Below the pieces are notes generated by a model. The model searched no databases and was not told the DNA's origin. It saw nothing but the letters and a program-made list of their open reading frames with translations. From contig CAZOFO010000001.1 of the NCBI GenBank assembly GCA_964579265.1, forward strand, positions 15,367 to 79,366: 64,000 nucleotides of DNA, given 5' to 3'. Origin of the DNA: Candidatus Micrarchaeota archaeon. GTDB taxonomy: Archaea > B1Sed10-29. How positions within the stretch are numbered: position 1 is the stretch's first letter; each line of letters begins with the position of its first letter. This document shows positions 46,158 through 55,554 of this stretch, piece after piece. The translations under genes and the position numbers were made by a program.

Positions 46158-47957
46158 CTAGCAGAAGTCAACGGATATTACTGGTTCGCCTTCTTCAGTT
46201 ATTTCTTTCTTTTCGAGTACTACGGTCACTCTAGGACCGCTTCTTCCTTTTATACAGTTTCCTTCCCAGGTTAGGTTTGCATTTGGGTAACATAGTGTTA
46301 CTTGTGCGGTTCCTGGAGCTCCTGCTGCTCCTGTGTATACTCGGGAATGTTTTCCTATCTTTCTGTTTAGTAGTTCTTCTCTTTCGTTTCGTATGTATGT
46401 GGTTTCTTCTGTACATGTTTCCAGTATTTGTTCGACTTCATCTGGATTTTCAACTTCTAGTGTCATTGATTTTAGTACTGGTGTATTCCCTTGTTCTTCT
46501 GAGTCTAGCTTTATATCTAGTTGATATTGTTCGTGTTCTCTTTCCCATGTCAGGTTGTATTCTTCTTCTCCATCGAGTTCCTGTGTATTGTTTTCTTCTC
46601 TTTCAGTTCCTGGTGATCCTGTGATATTTACTATTATATCTTCATCGTTTAATTCGTAATCTAGATCTACAAGGTTTGGTTGGGAACTTGCCATTGTTCT
46701 TGAATCCAGTTCAAGGTGTCCTGGGCTTTGTATCCCTGTATCTACTTCTAATTTCACTTCATCTATTTCTGGATAGTCTCCATTTACTAGTTTTGTTTCG
46801 AATTCCCATTCATATCCTTCGACTCTGTTTCCTTCTTCATCCACGAATTCTGATCCGGATATAGTTTCTCCGGGACTCGTGGCGTTCACCCATACTGATT
46901 CCCACCACTCGTCATTTTCATCCTCTCTCCCTCTTACTCTATACTGTATCTCTGTTTCCTCTGGAAGTTCTCCTTCCCACTCCAGTAACCCTATTCTAGG
47001 TTCTATGTCTAGATCAGTTTCGAATACTTCTGAATTGTAAGTTCCGCTATCCGAGATATTCATGAATGTGTGGTTCATCCAATCTATTTCTACTCTGGCT
47101 TCGTGTCCTTCTTCCCTTTTTTCAGAATAATATTGGAAAATTATTTCTACTTCTTCTCTTTCACTTACGTTTATTTGATCGGACCATGTTTCCCAATCCT
47201 CTTCTTCATCAGATTCATCTTCATGAATTTGTTTTCCATCTACAATAACTCTTACTTCAGCATCTCTATAGAAAGGACCACCACTTCCTATTAATTTATA
47301 TCTATATCCTAAAGTAATTTCTTCGAGGAATCTCACGCTTCTTGTTTCATTGTAAAAAGTTTCCCATTCATCTGGTTCTCCTTCAGAAGGAGGTATTGAA
47401 TCATTATGATGGACTGCTTCTTCAGAGAGGAGAGTTAATGTTTCGTTCTCAACTTCTGTGTAGTTGAATGTTCCGTTTTTCCATTCTTCTTCGCTTTCCA
47501 CTATGAATTCGTCAAATTCTCTTTCCAGGGAGACTTCTCCGTCTCTTATTGAGATATTCTGTTTTTCAGTATAGTTTTCCCAGTCTCCTTGGGTTTCCCA
47601 GGTTAACCTTGGTTTCCCTATCTCTTCCGGTGGAGAAATATGACCTACAGTTGCTACGTCCTGCCGGAAAGAAAGTACTATCTTATTATTTTCTTCATCC
47701 AGTCTGATGTTCCCTTCAGGTAGATGCAGGGGAAATGTATTTCTAGCTCCTACTTCACTATTCAATATCCTTCTAAGTTCATAATCAAAACTTTCCATTT
47801 GATTAACGAGATTAATGTTTTTTGGACCGTCACCTAGTCTCTCTACATGAGGGTAGGCCCAGAAATATGCTGCGGAAGTAGTTACGACTACGATCGCTAT
47901 TAACATCACGTAAGATATTACAGGGGTTATTCCCTTTTTCATTTGCAATTTAGACAC
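46158..47957 (-). CDS. Large pilin-like adhesin with class III signal peptide
   Basis: KKG-ITPVISYVMLIAIVVV N-terminus; large acidic, Trp-rich, beta-type internal region. Confidence 0.8.
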   Translation of the reverse strand: MSKLQMKKGITPVISYVMLIAIVVVTTSAAYFWAYPHVERLGDGPKNINLVNQMESFDYELRRILNSEVGARNTFPLHLPEGNIRLDEENNKIVLSFRQDVATVGHISPPEEIGKPRLTWETQGDWENYTEKQNISIRDGEVSLEREFDEFIVESEEEWKNGTFNYTEVENETLTLLSEEAVHHNDSIPPSEGEPDEWETFYNETRSVRFLEEITLGYRYKLIGSGGPFYRDAEVRVIVDGKQIHEDESDEEEDWETWSDQINVSEREEVEIIFQYYSEKREEGHEARVEIDWMNHTFMNISDSGTYNSEVFETDLDIEPRIGLLEWEGELPEETEIQYRVRGREDENDEWWESVWVNATSPGETISGSEFVDEEGNRVEGYEWEFETKLVNGDYPEIDEVKLEVDTGIQSPGHLELDSRTMASSQPNLVDLDYELNDEDIIVNITGSPGTEREENNTQELDGEEEYNLTWEREHEQYQLDIKLDSEEQGNTPVLKSMTLEVENPDEVEQILETCTEETTYIRNEREELLNRKIGKHSRVYTGAAGAPGTAQVTLCYPNANLTWEGNCIKGRSGPRVTVVLEKKEITEEGEPVISVDFC

Positions 47958-48108
47958 CTTATTTAGGTTTGCATCTTCTGAAAATTTATATTTTATAACC
48001 TTCAGAATTATAAGTAACTAGATAAATAAAAGGGTTTAGTGGATAAATAATTGGAAATTCATTTATACTGGAAGTTTTTTAAGTTTATCCAAGTGAACAG
48101 GATCAGAT

Positions 48109-48828
48109 ATGAGTGGACATAAGAATTCGATGATAGATAAAAGAAAATCAGAAGGGAAAAAACTAAAGTCGATAGGCATAATACCTGACGGGAATAGAAG
48201 GTATGCTGAAAAAAATAATATCTCCTACAAGAAATCTTACCAGAAAGGGTTTGAAAAAGGTAAAGATGTTCTTAGATGGTGTAGAAAGCATCCTACGATA
48301 GAGAATGCAGTTATATATGCTCTTAGCACTGAAAATCTTTCTAGATCAGATGAAGAGCTAGAAGTCCTTATAGATCTTTATAAAGAAAATTTAGAAGATC
48401 TAGCTGAATCGGAAGAGATACATGATCACGAGATTAATGTTAAGATAATAGGAAGAGAAGAACTGATTAAACCTATAGAAGAACAAGTTAAAAAAGTTGA
48501 AAAGGCAACTGAAGAATACCAGAACCATAAATTAAGAATAGCTATTGGATACGGTAGTAGGTCTGAATTGATAGATGCTGTGTCCAGATTGAAACAGAAA
48601 GATAAAGAGATAAATGAATCGAATATTGAATCAGAACTCTACTCGGATCTTAATCTTGATATGGTTATTAGAACAGGAGGATATCAGAGACTAAGTAACT
48701 TTCAACTATGGCAAGCTGCTTACGCTGAGTTATACTTTACTGATAAATTATGGCCCGAATTTGATAAAGAAGAGTTTGAAAATTCGGTAAATTTCTACGA
48801 GGATACTAAGAGAAAGTTCGGCAGGTAA
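48109..48828 (+). CDS. uppS: cis-Prenyltransferase (undecaprenyl diphosphate synthase family)
   Basis: IPDGNRR, YALSTENL and IRTGGYQRLSNFQLWQAAYAEL motifs. Confidence 0.93.
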   Translation: MSGHKNSMIDKRKSEGKKLKSIGIIPDGNRRYAEKNNISYKKSYQKGFEKGKDVLRWCRKHPTIENAVIYALSTENLSRSDEELEVLIDLYKENLEDLAESEEIHDHEINVKIIGREELIKPIEEQVKKVEKATEEYQNHKLRIAIGYGSRSELIDAVSRLKQKDKEINESNIESELYSDLNLDMVIRTGGYQRLSNFQLWQAAYAELYFTDKLWPEFDKEEFENSVNFYEDTKRKFGR

Positions 48829-48840
48829 TATATCTATAAA

Positions 48841-49650
48841 TTATTCCTTTAGTCTAACTATCTTTTCTCTACCTTTCTTGGATCTGTCTATTTTTTCCTT
48901 TTTCTCTAGCTTGGTCAGTAATTCACTTGTTTTTGATGCGGAGAAACCTATTTTTTCCCTTATTTCAGATTGGTATGCTTCCCCTTCCATCTCTTTTAAG
49001 ACTTCTAATACTTCTTCTTCATCGCTCTTAATTCTTTTCTCAGACTTATCTCCTTCATCTTCTTTTGGACTTGAAGTGTAATCCTCTCCTTTTGCAGCTT
49101 CACTTCTTTTCTTTAGGAAATAAGTTAGAGAAATCATAACTGCAAGTACCAGTATAGATAGATATATCACCAGGTCGCTGACTTCTTCCTCTCCAATTAT
49201 TGGATCGTAATCTTCGTCTTCTTCTGGATCCGTAACGTTCTCTTCAGTCACATTATCCTCGATCAAGTAATCCTCAGGTGGGAGTATCTCCCCGTATTCG
49301 TCGTATTCAGGCAGAGGCTCTACAGGAAATATCTGTTCGGGATCAGGTGTCAATGCAAAGTCTATTGTTCTGGAATCGTTTTCAGCTAGAACCAGGTTTT
49401 CTGAAGCAGTTAAGTTATTGTAATGAACTTTAAATGTGTATTCTCCTTCTTCTAATTCTATAGAGTATCTTCCTGTTTCATTAAGAACCTCCTGGTGAGT
49501 TACTTCTTCTCCATTCACTTGTTCAGTCACTTGTATAATTGCAGGAACTGTTTCCAGATCACTCCATCTATAAACCGTTCCACTAACTTCGGCTCCTATG
49601 CCAGTACCAATCAGGAGAGTTAAGATTAAAACTAAACTTATTTTTTTCAT
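48841..49650 (-). CDS. Membrane-anchored regulator: signal peptide, extracellular beta domain, TM, C-terminal winged HTH
   Basis: C-terminal GEAYQSEIREKIGFSASKTSELLTKLEKKEKIDRSKKGREKIVRL (MarR-like wHTH) after one TM helix. Confidence 0.8.
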   Translation of the reverse strand: MKKISLVLILTLLIGTGIGAEVSGTVYRWSDLETVPAIIQVTEQVNGEEVTHQEVLNETGRYSIELEEGEYTFKVHYNNLTASENLVLAENDSRTIDFALTPDPEQIFPVEPLPEYDEYGEILPPEDYLIEDNVTEENVTDPEEDEDYDPIIGEEEVSDLVIYLSILVLAVMISLTYFLKKRSEAAKGEDYTSSPKEDEGDKSEKRIKSDEEEVLEVLKEMEGEAYQSEIREKIGFSASKTSELLTKLEKKEKIDRSKKGREKIVRLKE

Positions 49651-49800
49651 CTTCTCAGTACCTCTCTACACCTGTTTTTATTTTGTACTTTATTTTATTT
49701 AAAAATATATAAATCCTTTTCCCTTATCTCCGAAAGGTTTTTAAATACCTAAACCAACATTTGAAAAATAAAAAACTCTCTAAGAGTTTTATTCAGTTAT

Positions 49801-49860
49801 ATGAAGATTTATGAATATTTAAGAACTATTATGAAACTTTAGAAATCTTCATGAACTTAA
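49801..49860. promoter_or_regulatory. 10-bp-periodic direct repeat array (putative operator)
   Basis: Six consecutive units: ATGAAGATTT, ATGAATATTT, AAGAACTATT, ATGAAACTTT, AGAAATCTTC, ATGAACTTAA. Confidence 0.6.
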
Positions 49861-49933
49861 ATAAACAACGAAAGGAATATAAAGATCAAAAACACTAATA
49901 TCCATGAATAGGATATCATAGGAGGTGTCCAAC

Positions 49934-51247
49934 ATGAATTTGAGTTCCGGAAAAATGTTTGCCATAGCAATCTCTTTAGTGCTGGCAGTATCGATGATCT
50001 CAGCTACAGCAGTACTAGCGCAAGGCCCACCATCAAATAGAGAAAATGATGAAGAAGTACCAGGCCCGGGTAATGGAGAAGAAAATGAAACCAATGGAGA
50101 AGGAATGCCAGAGATAGGTCCTCCAGAAGATATTGAAAACGTAGGGAGAGGCAAAGGAATAGGAGAAAGAGTAAGAGAAATAGTAGGAGAAAAAGTAGAA
50201 GAAATACATGAAGCGATAAAAGGAGAAAACGTATCTGGAGGAGAAATTGCGGGCATAGCTCAAGAAATAGGAGTAGAAGTAGAAGACGTTGTAAGAGTAG
50301 AAGTAAGAAACATAAAAAATGAAACAAGAAACAGAATCGACCAGGAAGAAGATCAAGGAGAAAGAATGAGAATGCAGGTACAGCAAGCTAGAGCAGGTAG
50401 ATACGACTACGCATACGATAGATTTGCTACAGAAGCAAGAGAAAAAATAAATGAATTAGAACAAAGAGGAAAAGAAACCGAAGAACTAGGAGAAATACTA
50501 AATGAAATATCAGTTGCCTACATGGAAGCACACAGAGCTGAAGACCCTGAAGAAAGAGCTCAAGAAATGAAAGAAAAAGCACAACAATTCAGAAATAAAT
50601 TTGAAGAATCTGCAGGAGATGAAGCAGAAGAAATAAGAAACAAATCAAGAGAAAGAGCTCAAGAAGCAGAAGAACATATGGAAGCAGTGAGAAAAGAAGC
50701 ATGGGGAAACGCTAGAAATGCAGCTCTTAATGTATTCCAAAACAGGATAGAAGCAGCAGAAAACAAAATAGAAGCATACCAACAAGCAGGATTTAATACA
50801 GAAGAAATGGAAAGCTCTCTAGAAGATCTAAGAAATATGGAGACTGAATTAGAACAAGCATACGAAGGAGGAGACAGAGAAGAACTTCGAGAAGTAAAAG
50901 AATCCATAAGAGAAGAATGGAAAAGCATAATGAGAGCACAACCGGAAGAAAGAGCACAAGAATATGAGGAAACAATAGAAAAACTGAACCGAACACTCAG
51001 AGATAGCGAAGGAATAATCGAAGCCGCTCAAGAAAGAGGAATAGATGTAGCTGAAGCAGTAGCATCACAGGAAGGAATAGAAAACGGTATAGAAAGAGCT
51101 AAAGAAGCTATGGAAGAAGGAAACTATGAAGAAGCCAAACAAGAAATAGAAAACCTAAGAGAAGATTTCAAGGAATACAGGGAAAAAGCAGCAGGGATTG
51201 CACAAGAACTTAGAGGAGAAATGCAAGAAGGAGTCCCAGGAGGTTGA
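49934..51247 (+). CDS. Secreted acidic alpha-helical / coiled-coil protein
   Basis: GGAGGTG ribosome-binding site, signal peptide ending AVLA, long E/R/A-rich helical body. Confidence 0.8.
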   Translation: MNLSSGKMFAIAISLVLAVSMISATAVLAQGPPSNRENDEEVPGPGNGEENETNGEGMPEIGPPEDIENVGRGKGIGERVREIVGEKVEEIHEAIKGENVSGGEIAGIAQEIGVEVEDVVRVEVRNIKNETRNRIDQEEDQGERMRMQVQQARAGRYDYAYDRFATEAREKINELEQRGKETEELGEILNEISVAYMEAHRAEDPEERAQEMKEKAQQFRNKFEESAGDEAEEIRNKSRERAQEAEEHMEAVRKEAWGNARNAALNVFQNRIEAAENKIEAYQQAGFNTEEMESSLEDLRNMETELEQAYEGGDREELREVKESIREEWKSIMRAQPEERAQEYEETIEKLNRTLRDSEGIIEAAQERGIDVAEAVASQEGIENGIERAKEAMEEGNYEEAKQEIENLREDFKEYREKAAGIAQELRGEMQEGVPGG

Positions 51248-51252
51248 TAAGG

Positions 51253-51507
51253 ATGGAAATCAGTAAAATAATCCCAATCCTGTTAATAGGAATACTATTA
51301 ATAGGAATAGGCTGCATCGGTCCTTTTGCAGAGGAAGAACCTGAAGAAGAAGTTGAAGATCCGGAAGAAACGGAAGAAACCATTGATGAAGAAAGACTAA
51401 GTGAAATGGAAGAAAGTTTGGAATCAATGGAAAGAACTCTGGACTCCGTGTTGATGGAGCTCGAGGATCTGGATCTAGAAAACTTCACAGTGGAAGATGA
51501 ACTGTAA
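51253..51507 (+). CDS. Small acidic putative lipoprotein
   Basis: LLIGIGC-IGPFAEEE lipobox-like N-terminus. Confidence 0.75.
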   Translation: MEISKIIPILLIGILLIGIGCIGPFAEEEPEEEVEDPEETEETIDEERLSEMEESLESMERTLDSVLMELEDLDLENFTVEDEL

Positions 51508-51534
51508 AATCTCTTCCTCTTAAACCTTTTTTTA

Positions 51535-52626
51535 TTATTTAAAATTCTTAAAAAAGTATTTTATACCCATTGGCCAGAATCTTGGTCTTTTCAGAATCTC
51601 TTTTTTGAGTTTTCCAGGGTGGTCCATGTCTCCATGTTCTTCTATCAATCTATCGATGTTATATCTTTTTATTTTCTTTATCAGTTTTTCTTTGTCCGTC
51701 CTATTGAGGAATTTCCTGATTTTCAAATGAGTCTTCAAATCTTTGTTTATCTCACGCTGTTTCGATGTGTAAAGTCCAGGTTCTCCTTTTTTGATCGCTT
51801 TAGCTAGATTTTCTGCGGATTTACATCCCATTACAACTCCTCCTCCTGTAGTTGCTTTTACTTGACCTGCTGCGTCTCCTACTAAAGCCCATTTATTACC
51901 AATTATTTCTTTATCTGGATTAAATATTGGTATTGGTGCTGATCCTGTTCTTTTTATTTCTGATTCGTTTATTTTTATGTTTTCTTTTTTTATAAATTGT
52001 TCTAGAGCTTTTTCTAGGTTTCTATTTCTTGTTCCTATCCCTATCTTTGCTTTGTTTTCACTTAGAGGTATTCTCCAAGCGAAGAAATCTGGAGTGTATT
52101 CTCCCATGTATATTTCCGTGTAATCAGGGTTTATCTCAGTTTCTGTGATCACTTGGTAGGTGTAATAGAATTCGTTGAGTTTGCTTTTCTCTCTGGCTAC
52201 TGAGGAGATGGCTCCGTCTGCTCCTACTAGAAATTCCTCTTTATCTTTTCTTTTTGCTCTTTCTCTTGACTTCCACTTTCTGCCTTTTTTTATTTTCACG
52301 CCTTCTTTTTTTGCTTCTTCTCTGAGTTTCTTTTTGAGTTTCTTCATATCTAGGACATGTGCTTGGGTTTCTTCTCTTTCCACTGTGAGTTCTTCATCAT
52401 CTGCTTTTACTTTGCATCCTTTCACGCTGTTCAGGATCGCTTCTTGGTACGGTAGATCCAAGCTGTTTAGACCTGTTTTGGAGATGAGGCCTCCGCAGGT
52501 TTTCCTTTGTAGTTCTTCATTCTTTTCCCATGACTCTGTTTCCACTTTGTCTATTTCACCTAGCTTTTTCCCTAGGTAGCTACCTACTATTCCTCCTCCT
52601 ATTATTTTCACTTGCATTTTTTCCAA
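51535..52626 (-). CDS. Geranylgeranyl reductase family FAD-dependent oxidoreductase
   Basis: IIGGGIVG, TCGGLIS, VGADG and VGDAAGQVKATTGGG motifs. Confidence 0.88.
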   Translation of the reverse strand: MEKMQVKIIGGGIVGSYLGKKLGEIDKVETESWEKNEELQRKTCGGLISKTGLNSLDLPYQEAILNSVKGCKVKADDEELTVEREETQAHVLDMKKLKKKLREEAKKEGVKIKKGRKWKSRERAKRKDKEEFLVGADGAISSVAREKSKLNEFYYTYQVITETEINPDYTEIYMGEYTPDFFAWRIPLSENKAKIGIGTRNRNLEKALEQFIKKENIKINESEIKRTGSAPIPIFNPDKEIIGNKWALVGDAAGQVKATTGGGVVMGCKSAENLAKAIKKGEPGLYTSKQREINKDLKTHLKIRKFLNRTDKEKLIKKIKRYNIDRLIEEHGDMDHPGKLKKEILKRPRFWPMGIKYFFKNFK

Positions 52627-52718
52627 CCTGTTTTTTAATTATCTTCTGTATATATAGGGTTTTGTGAAGAACATGTTAAAGAGTAACTTTTATTAATGAG
52701 GGTGTTTAGAAGTATTAT

Positions 52719-52836
52719 TGCTTGGCGGCCACAGCGGAGGGGTAATACCCGGACTCATTCCGAACCCGGCAGTCAAGTCCTCCAGCGACCTTCTGAGTAC
52801 TGCTCTTTAGTGGGAAAGGTGGTACGCTGCCAAGCA
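52719..52836 (+). rRNA. rrf: 5S rRNA
   Basis: Terminal helix TGCTTGGC/GCCAAGCA; conserved CCCGG-CTCATTCCGAACCCGG and GAGTAC...GGGAAA segments. Confidence 0.9.
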
Positions 52837-52915
52837 CTCTTTGTACTCATTTTTTCTATTTATTAAGGTTCTTTTTTCATAAAGAATTATTAATCTGGAG
52901 TATCTTATTTTTCGT

Positions 52916-52986
52916 GGCGCCGTGATGAGGACACCAGGCTGTTTGATTTCATTAGATGAAATCGACTTTGAGTACCGAGCGGCGTC
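52916..52986 (+). ncRNA. Box C/D guide sRNA (candidate)
   Basis: Terminal stem GGCGCC/GGCGTC, C box GTGATGA, D' TTGA, C' AGATGA, D CCGA, two ~14 nt guide regions. Confidence 0.75.
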
Positions 52987-52996
52987 TCTGTCTTTT

Positions 52997-53212
52997 TTAA
53001 TTACTTTTATTACTAATAAAATCTTTAATTACTTTTATAAAGAGTCCTAAGAATAGAATGTATATTGGCCACCACATTTCTTCGCTGCTTGAATATATGT
53101 GACCCCATAATATTCCTAATACAAATATCGTTAGAGTATATAGTATTATGAAGGATATTGAGTCCTCTATAGATTCAAATATATCGTCAGCTATGGTTTT
53201 GGCTAAGCCCAT
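52997..53212 (-). CDS. Small two-TM membrane protein
   Basis: 71 aa with two hydrophobic helices. Confidence 0.6.
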   Translation of the reverse strand: MGLAKTIADDIFESIEDSISFIILYTLTIFVLGILWGHIYSSSEEMWWPIYILFLGLFIKVIKDFISNKSN

Positions 53213-53263
53213 GTTTTTCTTCTGTTCTTTGTGTAATAAAATACTTTATCCTAAGTATTTTCT

Positions 53264-53683
53264 TTATATCTCTATTTTTTGTTTTGTAGGTGTTTCTATT
53301 TCTTCTATCTCTGTTTCTTCTCTATTCATTTCTTTAGCTTTTTCCAATACGTGGGTTTTATCTTGAAGTCTTTCTAAGGCTTCGTTTGCTTTTTCCAACG
53401 ACTTACAAAGTTTTTCTATTTCATCTTTTGTTTTTATTACTTCTTCATTTGTTCCGTTTTCTCTTATTCTTTCTTTCGAGTCAAAACTTTCTTCAGATTC
53501 TCTATTGTTGTCTTGAGTAGCTTGGTTTTCTTCTTTGTTTTTATAAGGGTCGTGTAGTACCTTTGCTTGGTCTTCACCATCGTATTGTTTTTTTCTCATT
53601 TCTTTCTTTTTTTGTTGGGCTTCCATTATCTTTTCTTGGGCTTCTTGTTCGTATTTTTTCATTATTTTGTTCATCAGCGGCAT
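53264..53683 (-). CDS. Hypothetical coiled-coil protein
   Basis: AGGTGA ribosome-binding site; E/K-rich helical sequence. Confidence 0.65.
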   Translation of the reverse strand: MPLMNKIMKKYEQEAQEKIMEAQQKKKEMRKKQYDGEDQAKVLHDPYKNKEENQATQDNNRESEESFDSKERIRENGTNEEVIKTKDEIEKLCKSLEKANEALERLQDKTHVLEKAKEMNREETEIEEIETPTKQKIEI

Positions 53684-53895
53684 TTTTTTCTCACCTGCGT
53701 CACCGTTTTTTCTCCTGTGTTGACAGGAGATTTTTAGATATATAGGATAAGGGAAAAATCATTTATAAAACTTTTGTTCAATTAGGTTTAACTTTTTCAG
53801 GTTGATCGATGGTCATCGTGTTGTTTTTGAATCTCTTTTGTTTATAGGAGGTGTATTTTAATGTTTTTTCTCTGCAGAGTTTCTTTTTATTTTTT

Positions 53896-54579
53896 TTATT
53901 CTTCTAGTTCTCTTTTTATTTCTTTGAAAGTGTTTATAAATGTGTATGCTTCTTTTTTTTCCATATAGGATTTGTTTAATGTTCTCTTGAATATTTTTTT
54001 AGTTTCTTCAGTTTTTTTGATTTCTTCTAGTTCTTCTATTACTTCTTCTATGTATTTGAACAGTGTTTGTTTTTCTTTGGATATATCTGAAGATTTTGAT
54101 TCTTTTTCTGCGTTTCTGAGTTCGTATAGAAATATGGTGGCTGCATGGGTTATGTTCATAACTGGATATTCTTTACTTGTTGGTATGTGGGCTACTACAT
54201 CGCATTTTTTTAGTTCTTCGTTGTTTAGTCCTTTTCCTTCTCTTCCTAGTATTAATGCGTTTTCTCCTTCTCCTTTTTCTATATTTTTTCTTAGTTTTTT
54301 CGGGGTTAGGTAGGTTCTTTCCCATTTGTAGTTATCTGGTATTTGTCCAGTAGTGCCTATCAAGTTTTCAACTTCTTCTTTAACTTCTTCTAGGTTTTTT
54401 AGTCTTCTAGCGTTTTTGATTGTTTCGTAGGCGTGTTTTGCTCTTGCTTTTACTTCTCCGTTTTCAACTTCGCATTGGGGATTGATTAGAATTAGTTCTT
54501 TTTCTCCAAAATTATTCATTGCTCTTGCAAGTGCTCCGATGTTTCCGGAGGTCTCTGGCTCCACGAATACTACTTTCAT
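53896..54579 (-). CDS. trmJ: TrmJ-family SPOUT tRNA methyltransferase
   Basis: VEPETSGNIGALARAMNNFG, LGREGKGLNNEEL and YPVMNITHA motifs. Confidence 0.9.
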   Translation of the reverse strand: MKVVFVEPETSGNIGALARAMNNFGEKELILINPQCEVENGEVKARAKHAYETIKNARRLKNLEEVKEEVENLIGTTGQIPDNYKWERTYLTPKKLRKNIEKGEGENALILGREGKGLNNEELKKCDVVAHIPTSKEYPVMNITHAATIFLYELRNAEKESKSSDISKEKQTLFKYIEEVIEELEEIKKTEETKKIFKRTLNKSYMEKKEAYTFINTFKEIKRELEE

Positions 54580-54860
54580 ATCTTTCTCCTGCTTTTCTTT
54601 GTTTTCTGTTTTTTGCTCTTTTCTTCTTTTTCCTTTAATCTCTTTTCTATTTCTTCAATTTTTTTCTTTTTCTTCTTTGTTCTTTCTTTTCTTTTTAGTT
54701 CTCTTATTTTTTCATTTGTTCTTGATATTTTTGAACCTAGTCTGTTTACTTTTTTTACATTTCCATTTCTTCTTGCTTTAGCGTGTTTTTTCTCTAATTT
54801 TCCAAGTCTTCTTTTATTCCAGGATAATCTGAGTTTTGTTAAAAAGCCCATTTTGTTCAC
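54576..54860 (-). CDS. Highly basic hypothetical protein
   Basis: 94 aa K/R-rich ORF; stop overlaps the trmJ start. Confidence 0.55.
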   Translation of the reverse strand: MNKMGFLTKLRLSWNKRRLGKLEKKHAKARRNGNVKKVNRLGSKISRTNEKIRELKRKERTKKKKKKIEEIEKRLKEKEEKSKKQKTKKSRRKI

Positions 54861-54873
54861 CTCTAGTATATTT

Positions 54874-55554
54874 TTATCTTTTACCTTCTATTAAGTGCAG
54901 GTAGTCCTTTATTTCTTTGTTTTTTATCCCGCATCCTGCGAATTTTGCTGCATATAGACTTCCTTCTAGTATTTCTCTGTTTTTTTCCGGGAAGTAGTTT
55001 TCTTCATAAGCTATTGCTATTATCTCTGAACTTCTCATCACGTTTATTTCTTTTGTTTCTTCTCTTATTTTTTTCTTTTTCTGATCATTTATCTCTATGT
55101 CTATCTTGGATTCTGATTGTATGTATTCTTTCAGTTGATTTATGTTTTCTACTAGTAATCTAGTTGTTCTTTCATCTATCAGTAAGTTGTGGGTGTTTAA
55201 TTCTTTTAAAAGTGCTATGGTTCTTGCTTCTCCTTCGTGGACTATTTCTATCGGTTTTTTATTCTTTTGGTTTATTAATAATTGATTGCTATCTTTTTTT
55301 ATTTGTTCAGATTTCTTTTTTGCTTTTTCTGTTTTTTCTACTTCTATTATACCTTTATCTATTAGTTCTCGAAACTTTATTGCTTTTAATTTAAATTCTT
55401 TAGTTTTCATTGGTTTGTTTACTATTTCCTCTTTAACTGAATGAGGGACTATGAATTCGGTATTGTGTTTTTCTTTTAGATAAGGAAGTATTCCTAGGGC
55501 ACATATGTTTCCAAGTGATATTAGGCTACTTGAATCGCAGATTAATTTACTCAT
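54874..55554 (-). CDS. PIN-like (DUF3368/VapC-type) protein
   Basis: ICDSSSLI, VPHSVKEE, HEGEARTI and LLIDERTTR motifs. Confidence 0.7.
   Translation of the reverse strand: MSKLICDSSSLISLGNICALGILPYLKEKHNTEFIVPHSVKEEIVNKPMKTKEFKLKAIKFRELIDKGIIEVEKTEKAKKKSEQIKKDSNQLLINQKNKKPIEIVHEGEARTIALLKELNTHNLLIDERTTRLLVENINQLKEYIQSESKIDIEINDQKKKKIREETKEINVMRSSEIIAIAYEENYFPEKNREILEGSLYAAKFAGCGIKNKEIKDYLHLIEGKR

Noticed and set aside
49801..49860. Repeat array as CRISPR or microsatellite
   Set aside because: Units are 10 bp, degenerate and have no spacers; no cas genes in the window.
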